Below are positions 28,877 through 43,119 of a stretch of DNA of 64,000 nucleotides, one piece after another. The position numbers were made by a program, and so were the translations under genes. Every line of letters begins with the position of its first letter. Positions within the stretch are counted from its first letter, which is position 1. The notes beneath the pieces are model-generated. The model was given only the letters and a program-made list of their open reading frames with translations, did not search any database and was not told the origin of the DNA. Origin of the DNA: Eledone cirrhosa (taxonomy: Eukaryota); the NCBI GenBank assembly GCA_964016885.1, contig OZ024745.1, forward strand, positions 116,498,001 to 116,562,000, read 5' to 3'.

Positions 28877-30871
28877 CTTAAAATGGAGTGAGAATAAGAA
28901 GAAAGTCAGAACGGGGTGGGGAGTTTTCCTCATCAGTTGTCTTCTGGGGCTCTCGGATATTTTGGGTGTAGGTGTGTGTGCTTGTTTTTAATGATATCAG
29001 ATACCATTTCCTTCATTTTTCCTTAAGGTAAAGATGATTGTTAACTATTTCTTGGTTGATGTTAGTGCATTGCAGTTCCTCATTCTTGTACTCGCGTGTT
29101 CTCAAACACTGGGAAAATTATAATACCACTTATATAATGCGATACATGCAATACAAGGTTTACAATACGCAATCGATCAGTGTTCATAGCATCTATTTTA
29201 AAGATGTTTAATGCATTAGATTTCTATTGACTGGATATAGCCTCTTTAAACGCAAACACACACATTGAATACACATAAAAGCAAATACATCTTGCAAAGT
29301 ACCGATAACCCAGACATTGCCAATATTTTTACCTGTGTATAATACATTCTGTCATTGAAACATTAGAATCCTATCTATCATATGTACAACAGTTAACATC
29401 ATGGCCCAAAACGCAGGCAGTATCTGCATAAGTGATACTGTAAATGACAACCTTGTAACAGGAAGTAAACACGGTTGTCTTAAAGGACAGACTCGTGTTA
29501 AGATGTATTTTTGTTTTGTAAACTACTGTGGAGATTTCAAGCAGAGATTTACAAACTAAATATGCAAACCGAACTCTCAAATAGGAAGAATTACAAATAG
29601 GCAAACAACACATAGAAAAGTAGAAATGAAAAATTCAAATATTCTTTCTTTGGATTTCCGTTGCACACATTTTAAATAAATTTAAAATTTGCGTAGGTCG
29701 ACCTAGTGAGATTATACAATAACAGTGTTGTGGTAGAAGCAATTAAACGTTACACGTTCACAATTCTCCATTATCTGATGCATACTCTTCTTTCTTTTCC
29801 AGTCTGTTAGGATTTCCTTGTTCTTACCAGTATTTTAGCTTACATAACTGATCAATGTACATGCGAATCAGATAATCAAGATATTGATATTTAGGAACGT
29901 GACATAAGGAAAAAACATTGTTTTAGAAACAAAACAGAAATTAAATATACATGAATATACATGGATTTGTTTAGTTTCACATAACAATATACAAGAGATT
30001 ATTTGGAACAATACCCTTTTCTGAACTCATAAAGCATTAGAATAAGTCATTCGTACTTTAATTATTTCTCCTTTTGCTATTATATTCTAATTTGATAAAG
30101 TTTGTTTCAATCCTTAATTGCTGTAAACATTCATTGAAACAACAGTGCTGTGATATTCTTACACTTAATGACCATAACATATTCCAGACATTTTGGAGAC
30201 CACTTTCAACTTCAACGTTCTGTTACCAATGCTGCTACTGAATTATTGATTTCTTACACATGGACAATATTCAGATTTGTACAGAAAAATGTTTTTATCA
30301 AATTTAAAACATATTCAAAGGGGGACTTCTTCTTAGGTGAATTGAAAAGATTCCAAATTCGATTTAAAATCTATTCATCGTATTGTTTCGCTAATGTAGT
30401 ACTAATCGTGCACTAAAGTCGAATTAATCGACAACAAATCAGTTCGCTAGTATACGTAAGGCAGATTGACTTTTTCATAAACTACATACTGGTAGTTTGT
30501 ATGTCGGGACTGGTACCAAGATGTATGAGCATTAGTCCATTGGATGATATTACTGGTGTAGATGAAGATATCTGGACAGTTACTGGCCTTCGGTACAACA
30601 TCACCACGTTCGTTCAATACAGATTGAAACAAAAATTTCCAGTAACATACTAAGGGGCTTATTTAACATAACCGATGTCAAACAGAAATGTTTAGATTAA
30701 GGACACTAACCGATGGGTTTTATTTGCGGAGGCACCACCGTTATGATTCACTCGATAGTATCAAAGCAAGTACTTTTTGTATCAATCTGGTACTTATTTT
30801 AACGGTCTCCTTTTGTCGAACCGCTAATTTACCGGTGCAGTCATAATCGTAAACATATAGGCAGGCGCATC

Positions 30872-30924
<53 letters not shown>

Positions 30925-31040
30925 TGTTTGTGGTATTTTGTCGGCTCATGGCTCTCTGAGTTCATATCCCACCGAGGTTAACTTTGCTTTTCTTAATTTC
31001 GAGGTCGAGAAAAAAGTACCAGTCTACTACACTGGGTTGA
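30925..31040 (+). mobile_element. Old diverged SINE (S1-related)
   Basis: CTGAGTTCATATCCCACCGAGGTTAACTTTGCTTT...AAGTACCAGT. Confidence 0.7.
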
Positions 31041-32037
31041 TTCTTCCTCTATATATCTTTCTCACTTCCTTCTCACTAACTATGATTCTTTGAACAAAAT
31101 GTGCTGCTGTATTCTCGAGAGAAACGCCCTCCTCGCCAGGTTTTAAAAGAATTCCCAGAAACGCTTTATGTCAGCATAATGCCACTATGCCTCCATCAGG
31201 AGTTACGAGATCAAACATATTAACTGGTAAGCATATATTTTGCCTACAAAACAGTAAACATTCACCAGGTATGAACTCAAAAGAGAAATTCAGCGTACCA
31301 AGAACTGGAAATAAGGGCAATATTTGTTTTTATTTCACACCTAAACAATTGTTTTCACAGTTCTGTATTATTTATTTATAAAACTCCCAAATATTTTCAT
31401 AAAGTAAAAGAAAAATGTCTTAAAATTTCAAATAATTTATGGATAAAATCTCTTTCCTCGTTTCAATAGCTCGTGGAAAACATACTATTTTAAGTTTTAA
31501 ATGTTAAAATATTTAAGCTAGAGAAATATTCACTGATAAGTTTTATATTCTAATCTGTGTAGAGTAGAAAAAATATTGCGTCGTCAAGTATGAAATTTGT
31601 AGAAATTTGTTTTATTCTAGAAATTTCTACAACATTCATACTTGACGACACAATATATATTCCTACATGATTACTTACTATGTAAGTTAATGGATTTCCT
31701 GGAGACTTTAAGTTTGAATATTGCACTTGTTAACCTAATCGAACTACATAAAATTGACTTCGATTATATATGACTGAGTATTCAAGTAGCACATATATTT
31801 TTATATAGCCTCAACATAATTCCCTGGCTGAATTAGAGAGTAGCAGGTCTGGTAATTTGAATTACAGGAAGGTATGATTTGATAGATTTCCTCATTGTTT
31901 CCGTCGGTCCAATTTCACTGATTAAGATTCGGTTGACTCTATTACAAAACAAACTTATTAAACTGTTACCCATGTCTACACCTGGCAGTATTTTCTGTCG
32001 CTACAAACATAGACAAAAATTACAAACGTTGGAAAAA

Positions 32038-32838
32038 AGAAATACCAAAGGCTAGAAAGTGATAGAAATACCAAAGGCTAGAAAGTGGTAGAAATACCAA
32101 AGGCTAGAAAGTGATAGAAATACCAAAGGCTAGAAAGTGATAGAAATATCAAAGGCTAGAAAGTGATAGAAATACCAAAGGCTAGAAAGTGATAGAAATA
32201 CCAAAGGCTAGAAATTGGTAGAAATACCAAAGGCTAGAAAGTGATAGAAATACCAAAGTCTAGGAATTGATAGAAATACCAAAGGCTAGAAAGTGATAGA
32301 AATACCAAAGGCTAGAAACTGATAGTAATACCAAAGGCTAGAAATTGGTAGAAATACCAGAGGCTAGAAAGTGATAAAAATACCAAAGTCTAGGAATTGA
32401 TAGAAATACCAAAGGCTAGAAAGTGATAGAAATATCAAAGGCTAGAAAGTGATAGAAATACCAAAGGCTAGAAAGTGATAGAAATACCAAAGGCTAGAAA
32501 TTGGTAGAAATACCAAAGGCTAGAAAGTGATAGAAATACCAAAGGCTAGAAATTGGTAGAAATTCCAAAGGCTAGAAAGTGATAGAAATACCAAAGTCTA
32601 GGAATTGATAGAAATACCAAAGGCTAGAAAGTGATAGAAATACCAAAGGCTAGAAACTGATAGTAATACCAAAGGCTAGAAATTGGTAGAAATACCAGAG
32701 GCTAGAAAGTGATAAAAATACCAAAGTCTAGGAATTGATAGAAATACCAAAGGCTAGAAAGTGATAGAAATACCAAAGGCTAGAAACTGATAGTAATACC
32801 AAAGGCTAGAAATTGGTAGAAATACCAAAGGCTAGAAA
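32038..32838. repeat. Minisatellite, 26-bp unit, about 31 copies
   Basis: Tandem unit AGAAATACCAAAGGCTAGAAAGTGAT with recurring variant units. Confidence 0.97.
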
Positions 32839-32901
32839 GATAACAATTTATATCACTTTAATAGGGATGGATTAACACAAACACCTCCAGAGATTTATTG
32901 C

Positions 32902-33260
32902 TATGAGGTCTGTCCCAAAAGTAAAGGTACTGACCTTTTTATGTACGACATGGTAACCACGTACTGTGCAACCTTTCCATTTACCAGTGATGTAGTTGTT
33001 TTCCACATATTCTAAAAAATAGACATGTTTTCCAATGAGACGAGATAATAGACTGGAACAATTCTGTGATTGATAGCCATATTCATTTAATCTGTGGAGA
33101 TAATATGCCAAACTGAGTCTGATAGCGTTTCAACTGAGAAATGAACTGATTTAACCCAAGTAATCATATCTCTTGTGTAACAATATTTCGAAGAGATGGA
33201 ATTATACGTTATTTTAACCAATAACAGACATTGTTGGACTTGTAATTAATCAAATATCAC
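32902..33260 (+). mobile_element. Possible internally deleted mariner relic
   Basis: TIR-like start TATGAGGTCTGTCCCAAAAGT and a YFE-like terminal remnant TATTTCGAAGAGATGGAATT; weak. Confidence 0.3.
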
Positions 33261-33273
33261 ATTTTGTAAAATA

Positions 33274-33456
33274 AATAATTGTTTCTACTTTTGGCACAAG
33301 GCCAGCAATTAACCAGTACATTACTGGTACTTTATTTTATCGAACCTGTAAGGATGAAAGGCAAAGTTAACCTCGGCGGGATTTGAACTTAGATCATAAA
33401 GAGACGTAACTCTATGCTTCAAAGCATGGTGTCCGACTCTCTACCGATACTGCCAA
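33274..33456 (-). mobile_element. SINE S1 copy
   Basis: Near full-length match. Confidence 0.92.
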
Positions 33457-33769
33457 TAACCAGACGTACCATTTAAATTAAATCTTTTAAAGAAGCTATT
33501 TATATGATATGCTGAAATGGATAAGCTGAAATGATATGCTGAAATGTCATATAAGTCCATTCGAGTGACAGTGATATGACTGCACAAATGAAGGTCATTT
33601 CTTATTAGTGTCCGAAAGCATTTGAGCACGATGGTAAATAATTATTTAGTGGGCTTTTATTTTACATTGCTTTGCTGCACAAAATTTATTTACACACAAT
33701 CGCGTGACGTCAAAACACAATGACGTAATGAAAAGACAGGATTTATAAATATATATATATATATATATA

Positions 33770-34517
<748 letters not shown>

Positions 34518-34639
34518 AATAACTTCATTATTTTACAATTTCTATTTTTAACATATATATGTGTGTATTTATGGCCATACATACACCAATATATTTGCCC
34601 TCATGTATGTACTTACGCATACATATTTTCACTCTAGAC

Positions 34640-34722
<83 letters not shown>

Positions 34723-34871
34723 AAGGTTAAACAAGGTTCAATGAATAAATCAAAAATAAGTTTTACAATAGATTGGAAGCACTCAACAGATTTGGTTTTC
34801 CGGAGTTATTAATATTAATTCAAAATATTAACAAAACTATTAACAAAAATAGAACTTCTTGTGATCAAGTA

Positions 34872-34938
34872 TATTTTATTATACATATTTCAGAGGTACT
34901 GAGCTAACTTCAACAGTAATTCCTCATCAGATAAAATA
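34872..34938 (-). ncRNA. Type-I hammerhead fold (family B type)
   Basis: TATTTTAT-CTGATGA-GG..TACTG/CAGTA-CC..-GAAA-TATGT-ATA-ATAAAATA; lies in a repeat spanning about 34720-35060. Confidence 0.7.
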
Positions 34939-35072
34939 AGATGATGCATGACATACCCTGACATAGTAGATGGTTAAGATCCAGTCATGGCAGTGAGTAA
35001 GATATGACAAAACTCAATATTTATATACCTTAAGATTTAGACATGAAAAAGCTTACATATAATACATATAAA

Positions 35073-35260
35073 TGTTTCTACGTTTGGCACAATGCCAGGA
35101 ATTATCCCACTGTATTACTGGTACTTTATTTTATCGACCCCTTAAGGATGAAAGGCAAAGTTAACCTCGGCGGGATTTGAACTCAGAATGGCTAGGGCCG
35201 TAACTCTATACGTCAAAGCATGGCGTCAAACCCTCTACCGATACTGCTAATCCACCGCCC
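35073..35260 (-). mobile_element. SINE S1 copy
   Basis: Full length. Confidence 0.93.
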
Positions 35261-35431
35261 TAAATTATTTGAATCTCTAACAGTTATGTAAATTGCTGTT
35301 ATGTATTTTTAAGCTTTCTCACGCGCACCCTCTGTATTATATGTATTATATATAATACAGAGGGTGCGTGTGAGAAAGCTTAAAAATACATAACAGCAAT
35401 TTACATAACTGTTAGAGATTGAAATAATTTA
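35261..35431. repeat. Near-perfect palindrome, arms about 82 bp
   Basis: Arms are reverse complements with about 2 mismatches, centred near 35346. Confidence 0.92.
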
Positions 35432-37026
35432 AATTATTGAAGAAAAAGGAAAGAAAAAAGAAAGACAGAGAGAAAACAGGGGATAATATAGCTAGTAGAA
35501 GTATAGAGAGCAAAAGAGAATTGTACAAGGAAAGAGAGACGAAGAGGAATAAACGTTATAGTGTAAAACATAGGGAGGGATGAATTATATTTATACATAA
35601 CTATACATTTGGGCATAACTTTGCGAAAGAGTAAACTCGAATCTTTGAATTATTGAATTATCTAGAAGTATTCATCAATCTAAATCCTAAATATAACTGG
35701 GTGTAATTATATGAATGTTAATTTCCAGTCCTCAGTTAATTAGTTATATATACTATCCAAGCGTAATCGGTTGACCGTTAACTTTCAAATCATTTAAGTT
35801 AGTTCAGAGTAATGAATTAATCAAAGTGTATAATATTTCAGACTATAAAAGTGTATAAATATCTGTATTAATATTAAAGTATACTATCATATTTAATTTA
35901 TAAAATCATATTTTCTGAAATCATATTTAAACTATTTGCAAACATGAGAAAGAAGACATAATATTTTCATCCTCACGAAGGTAATTCTTATTAAATTTTA
36001 TTATATTATATTAAATTATTTATATTATATTGAAAATAATTCACATTATATAATTTGTAAAATAATTACAGTTATAATTTAAAAAATTAAGATTAACAAT
36101 GAGAATGCCTTAAAGTATCTAAAGGCCTTATAATTAAACTTAAAAAAGTTTATTATAGATATATGCATTTGTCTAAATATAAACAAAGATTATATTGTCT
36201 AAAGATTAAGATGATACCTATCAGTTTCATATAACATAATACAATACAATAAATAAGTTACTGATAATATTGTTAAAAATAAGGTTTTAGATCAATTATT
36301 ATAATAGGATCATGCAATACATATATACTATAGATATACAAGTCAAACTTCATGAATCATAAGGATAAGAACCAGATTCAAAGTAAAAAAAAGTGAATTG
36401 TTTGCGATCTTAAAAGTGCCCAATATCCAAGCTATATAGTTTAAACATTTTTTTAATTTTATTTATATAGTCGTATAATGTGTCTGCAAACATGAGAAAG
36501 AGAAAACCTAAGGATTTCATGACCCGAAGGTAACCCGAATTTAATTAAATTAAATTAAATAATAATCGTTATATAATTTCGAAAATTTAGAAAATATTTA
36601 GAATATTTTTAACGATTATAACACTAGAAAGTCATTAAAGTATCTAAAGTACTTATAAATGTAACTAGAAACATGTTATTATACTAGATATACAGATGTG
36701 TTCAAATATATATTTAGTCCTTCCTCCCGTTTGACCTGTGCGAAATTCTTTCCTTACTCACATTTCGACCAGGTTTGATGGTCTTTATTCTCTCTCGTCC
36801 ACGATTTCACAGAACTTATGTTCATCGATTTCAGGGACTTGACTCTTTTTTCCTCACTTTTCGTTGCATTACCATCTTTGATTGTTTACTGTCTCACTCG
36901 TTCCCCTTATTTACGTGTCCCAACGACTTTCTTTAGCCGTTGCTCGCACCAACCGGAGGTATATGGTCTCTAAAGCGTTGAAATACCAATGAAGGTTGGA
37001 AGATCACTGATGAAGGACTAAATTTA

Positions 37027-37081
<55 letters not shown>

Positions 37082-37208
37082 ATATATATATATACATATA
37101 TATATATACATATATACATACATATATATATACATATATATATACAAATATATATATACAAATATATATATATATAAACATATATATATATATATAAACA
37201 TATATATA

Positions 37209-37268
<60 letters not shown>

Positions 37269-37303
37269 TACACACACAGGCACACACACACACACACACG
37301 CGC

Positions 37304-37334
<31 letters not shown>

Positions 37335-37754
37335 ATTCGAAGCTTGAAAGCCACGACAATGCGGGTTTGGACGGAAAATAATTACATCGTGAGAACAGGG
37401 GTTGTTTTTTTACCTTAATTTATTCATATGCCCTGATATTTCGAGATTAATATATTTTCTTCCGAGGAAAATAAAGGAGCTATTCCAGTGTCCGGTGCGG
37501 CTTGATATACCATGCTTGCGGGGCTAGCATAGTATATCAAGCCATATCGAAAAAAAAGTATTCCGGTGTGGGTTTGTGAGTGAGGGCTCTTTAGGGCCCT
37601 CGGCCCTTTCTTTCGCAGCAATAAAAAAAAAGGCAAATTTTTACCTACAATAATGATTACTATTCCACTTTCGCAGAATTTAAAAAGTACTTGTTTTTCT
37701 TTAACAATGTTTTGTCATTAGCTTTACAATATCTAACTTCATTAATACATATTA

Positions 37755-38360
<606 letters not shown>

Positions 38361-39174
38361 TCTATATACCAGTTCACTCAACTGGCAACAATAAGCTTTG
38401 CCTATAATTCAAATGGGTCAATTTATCATGCTGAATCTTCCTGAGAATTACGTCAAGATTACACGAGTATGTGGAATGCTCAGTTAATTTTAGGTTCAGG
38501 CAGTTCCGTCGTTCGAACCTATAGTTGTCGGAACCTACAGTCGTCGCAAACCTACAACCTACAGAACGTCATCAATATATAGAAATAATTTACAACTCTA
38601 AAATCGATGAGAATTATCTTTTAGAGTTGATATAGCTTTAATGGGTTATCATCCTGCTTTGGTCAGGAAATCCTGACGATGAATGTTATAATGCTGCTTT
38701 GATCAGGAACACCTCATTACCTGATGTTGAATGTGTTTTTTATTGTTCCAAGACAATATTACATGACTACAGTCTAACAGTAAACATTTCTTCTAATAAA
38801 GGTTACAAATGACATGAAAACAATTTAGCCGAGAATATAAGATCTATTCTACAATTTTAATTTCTTACTTGGTAAATGGCAGAAACAGTGCTACTGCTTT
38901 TTCACACAATCCATTACGAAATAATTATATAAACAGAACTTGGAAATGTAACCGATCGAAGAAAAAATAAGTCTTTGTTAAATATTCAAACAATTTATTG
39001 TTTGTTATGTTTTTGTTGTGGAATAGAAGTGTTAAACTAATATACCTATACTAATATACCTATACTGACATTTATATTTGTTTAAAACTATTGTTGCTAA
39101 AATTCTTAATAACAAATACGTATTATATAGCATATCAATATATTTCTTTCAATTTCTTTCATAACAATGCCGTA

Positions 39175-39225
<51 letters not shown>

Positions 39226-39228
39226 ATG

Positions 39229-39335
<107 letters not shown>

Positions 39336-39753
39336 GTATGTATATATATAAGTGTGTGTCTGTGTGTGCATGTGTGTGCGTGTCGTTGCATTTATGTGCG
39401 TGAACGCATGTATATGGTTTTGAATTTTTTCTCGTTTCTATCATAATGAAATCGTCTATAAGACAAACATTTACATTGAGAAACTTGAACGTATTTTTCT
39501 TATTCCATTGTCTGAGCAGTAACGATCTGATATTATCTATTATATATTTTTTATGAGATCATGAACTTTGATTGCGTCTCATAGTATTGTGGAATAGGTA
39601 GCGAGGATTTTTTCATCATTGCTAAACTTAAATAACTTAAATTATGACAAGTTTTAATGATGTTCTTTATATACAGACTGCTTAATATAAAAACAACCCG
39701 CTGTATGTATATGGTGGTGATACAAAATGATATACACATAGTGGAGGACAGTG

Positions 39754-39815
<62 letters not shown>

Positions 39816-39840
39816 TATATAAATATATATATATATATAT

Positions 39841-40085
39841 GGAAAGTTATATTTAAATTGTTGGGTTACAACTAGTAAATATTTATAACTGATATAAAAG
39901 CACTCAACAAGTATTTGGAGTATATTTACGATATTAAATAAATGGAAACTATATTTATAAAACCATATTTATTTCATTATATATATTTCAGGGATATCAT
40001 ATTAACAATATGTTATGCCTTCTTCAGACAAAATACAATATAGACAGTTTTATAGATAAATAGATTTGACATACCGTTCAACATC
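39841..40085 (-). mobile_element. ORF-less hammerhead-bearing repeat, family B
   Basis: Colinear with 50671-50905; starts directly after a (TA)n tract. Confidence 0.8.
39970..40035 (-). ncRNA. Type-I hammerhead fold (family B)
   Basis: TATTTTGT-CTGAAGA-AGG c ATAACATATT gtt AATATGATAT c CCT-GAAA-TATAT-ATA-ATGAAATA. Confidence 0.78.
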
Positions 40086-40254
40086 GACTTGTATTTGAAA
40101 AAGTTGATTTGGCAGTGAAAAATTGTAAACAGAAAGAAAGAAAGAAAGAAAGAAGGAAAGAAAGAAAGAAAACGACGAAAAAGAAGAAATGCATGCAACA
40201 AAATAGAGAGATGTATATATATATATATAAAATAATATATATATACCCAGTATA

Positions 40255-40411
40255 TTACCCAGTACATTACTGGTACTTTATTTTATCCACCCCGTAAGGA
40301 TGAAAGGCAAAGTTGACCTCGGCGGCATTTGAACTCAGATCATAAAGGGACGTAACTATATGATTCAAAGCATAGTGTCCGACTCTCTACCGATACTACC
40401 AATCCACCGCC
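40255..40411 (-). mobile_element. SINE S1 copy (tail lost)
   Basis: Head and core match. Confidence 0.9.
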
Positions 40412-40899
40412 CTGTGAATAATATTCTCTGGTCTGTTTGGTGTTGCCAGAAATGCAATGTCGATTCCCTCTGACGTAAGTTCACTTCTACAAATAATGCA
40501 ACTGGCAAATACATCTACGCCATATTGTTTGCAGTCACTTAAGAAACGTAGAAGACGTTCTATAAAACTCACTTCCTTACAACGTAGCATGTGGCTTGCA
40601 TGAATCGTTTATTTACCTGCCACTGATCAGAATTATTGCCAGGTAAGATAGTGTTATAATCTTTATTGAAGAAGAGTTTAATATTTCAATGGCAACTACA
40701 GGAAACAACAATGGGTGTGTTTCGATTTTAGTCTAAACTCATTAGCGAAGTACAGACATCAGCTTAATGAGGAAGTAGTGAAGAAATATTTATTAAAAAT
40801 ATAATAAGAAATCAGAATATAATTAATTATATCCCGCTTTGTCAAACGTTTGGAAATAAGAATAACTGACTAATTTTATATTCCCCTGGTTAATAATTA

Positions 40900-41460
40900 C
40901 TTCTAATCACCATTCTACTGCTGGTGGGGTGAAATATGTTGCAGCCTCGACTAAAATTAATCCGGAGGTGAGTTCGTGGAAACCTTTATTGAGTGAATTT
41001 GCTATGGGGATTGGAATAAACTAAGGCTTTGTTCACTTGAACTCTTCTGAGAAAGAATATATACGGAGGCGATGTCTGTCACTTTAGCAGTAATATTGTG
41101 AATGTGAAATGGAATAAATAAAGGAACAATATCGAATGGGGAATTAATTAAAGAAGAATAAATAAGGCTTGTAAATGAACTATTCGAAGTGTGTAAGGTG
41201 AATGAGACAGAGAGAAGTAAAGAGTGAAAGAGGATTGATAAAAGAATTGACAGTTTGTAACAAGATCGAGGTCAGTTAAAAGTCGAGGAACGTTATGGAA
41301 TCAGTTGAGATAGAACATAGATTACATGAAAGGAAAGAGGTGGACAAAATGGCGACAGTAACATGGATACAAATACAATCAATAGGGTTCGGATGTGATA
41401 GAGGAAAAAGTGTTAGAGTGGATTTGCAGAGAATTGAGAAGTGATCGGGGGGATTTTTCA
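40900..41460 (-). mobile_element. Possible highly decayed CR1/Jockey-like LINE fragment
   Basis: Purine-skewed block with faint motif remnants (..YFTP..); no clean frame. Confidence 0.3.
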
Positions 41461-41799
41461 GTAGAAATAGACGGAGGAAATTTAGTATGTAATTTGAGTT
41501 GTAGAAGCAAGCAAAGTGTGCATTAGAACCCTAACAAATATATGCATCACATATATTATTGAAATTACGGGGCAATGAACGCACAGAATTGCATATAGAG
41601 ATACGTAGTACATACATACATATACATATAGAAAGACATACACACCACAGGAAATACAATGAAACTCTTGAAACGATAGAGGCCATTGAATATAGAAAGC
41701 TGAGGCGTGAAACAAATCCCTTCTTAGCAGATGTCCTGAGATTGAAGTATATATTTGTTTTTCTTTTATTTAATAAACACAGAAGGAATTCGTCTAAAT

Positions 41800-43119
41800 C
41801 AAAGGTTCTAAACGGAGGGCATATCCCCCCGGGGGGATCAAGGGGCGTTAGGGGGACGTTTGAAGCTTTGGGGGCGCTGGAAGCCCCTTTAGTTTGGTAA
41901 CTTTTATAAGTCATATTTGTACGTCTCTCAGACAGCCAGTGTGAATGCATTTGAATGAAGAAAGGGAAGAAAATAAATAAAAGCTTGTCAACGAATTCCC
42001 TAGGGAGATAAAAGAAAAACAAAAGAAATCAAAGAAAATGAACATAAGGACGTCAACTTTGACAACAGTTACAAGAACAACTTCAACAGAAATGAAAACA
42101 AAAAGAAGCAATGGTGATGAAAGGTGTGGGTGTATACATATACATACGAACATACACACACATGCATACGTACATACATACATACATGCATACATACATA
42201 TATATATACACACAGAGGGCTGCGTTAGTGTTTGATGAGGTTGAGAACCTGGTTAGCTTTCAGCCAGAGCTGTGGTATTTAATCTCCCTAGGTAATAAAA
42301 TCTGGAGACTGAATTTTCTCCTTACCAAAAAGAAAAAATATATAAATCATGTCAACATCCTAAACACTTAAATATAAATGCATATATATATACAAATGTA
42401 TAAATGCATAGCTAGTGAAAGAATGGAGAGTAACATGGTTGACTGTGCAAGAAGGTGCTTTATTTCAGGTATTAACAATTGTTTCATTGATCAGGTGAGG
42501 CTAGAGGCCGCTAATCGCTCGAAGCTGCGTCACTCAATCTCCATTACATTATTTACCTCTGATCAAATTTTCAGAATACAAAAATAATTCACACATGACA
42601 AGATATATATATAGAGAAATAGCGTATAATCAAAACAATAACATCAATAATAAAATATACATGATAAATAGGTAAAGAAGTTACAGATGTAAAAAGTACA
42701 AGATAAGAAAAAAGATACAGTAAAAAGGTAAGAAAATGGAAAAATAATAGAAATATAAAGAAATAAGGATAAGTGAGAATTGTAGAATTGTCTATCCACT
42801 CAAAATATTACAACAGCTAACAGTGAAATATAGAATTTAAATCCAAAAGCTTTTTCGACTGAGATCAAATCTTTGAGAACATTCACGTCTATTTTTTTTA
42901 AATATATAATTTGAAATAGCTTGCTTTTGTTTTGGACTGAAACTTTTTTGTATTTAATTCGTACGAGTACTTTTTAAAGATTCTAACATAACCTGATTTG
43001 GCCCAGTAATCTACTGATATCAAAATCAGTAGTATATTGAAAAATGGAAAAATAGGCTACGTTTCGTGATTTCGAGGGGCAAAGTGGAGCGTTTGGCCGA
43101 AATGGGTTGAGAACCTTTG
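41800..43119. mobile_element. Non-autonomous hAT (Charlie-like) element, 1320 bp, with nested insertions
   Basis: TIRs CAAAGGTTCTAAAC / GTTGAGAACCTTTG and a perfect 8-bp TSD GTCTAAAT (41792-41799, 43120-43127). Confidence 0.88.
42469..42579 (-). ncRNA. Hammerhead fold with long stem II insertion, one core substitution
   Basis: GTATT-CTGAAAA-t-TTGATCAG...CTGATCAA-t-GAAA-CAATT-GTT-AATAC: 5-bp stem I, 8-bp stem II, palindromic stem III. Confidence 0.62.

Noticed and set aside
30416-30660. Open frames on both strands that look exon-like
   Set aside because: No identifiable domain and weak splice signals.
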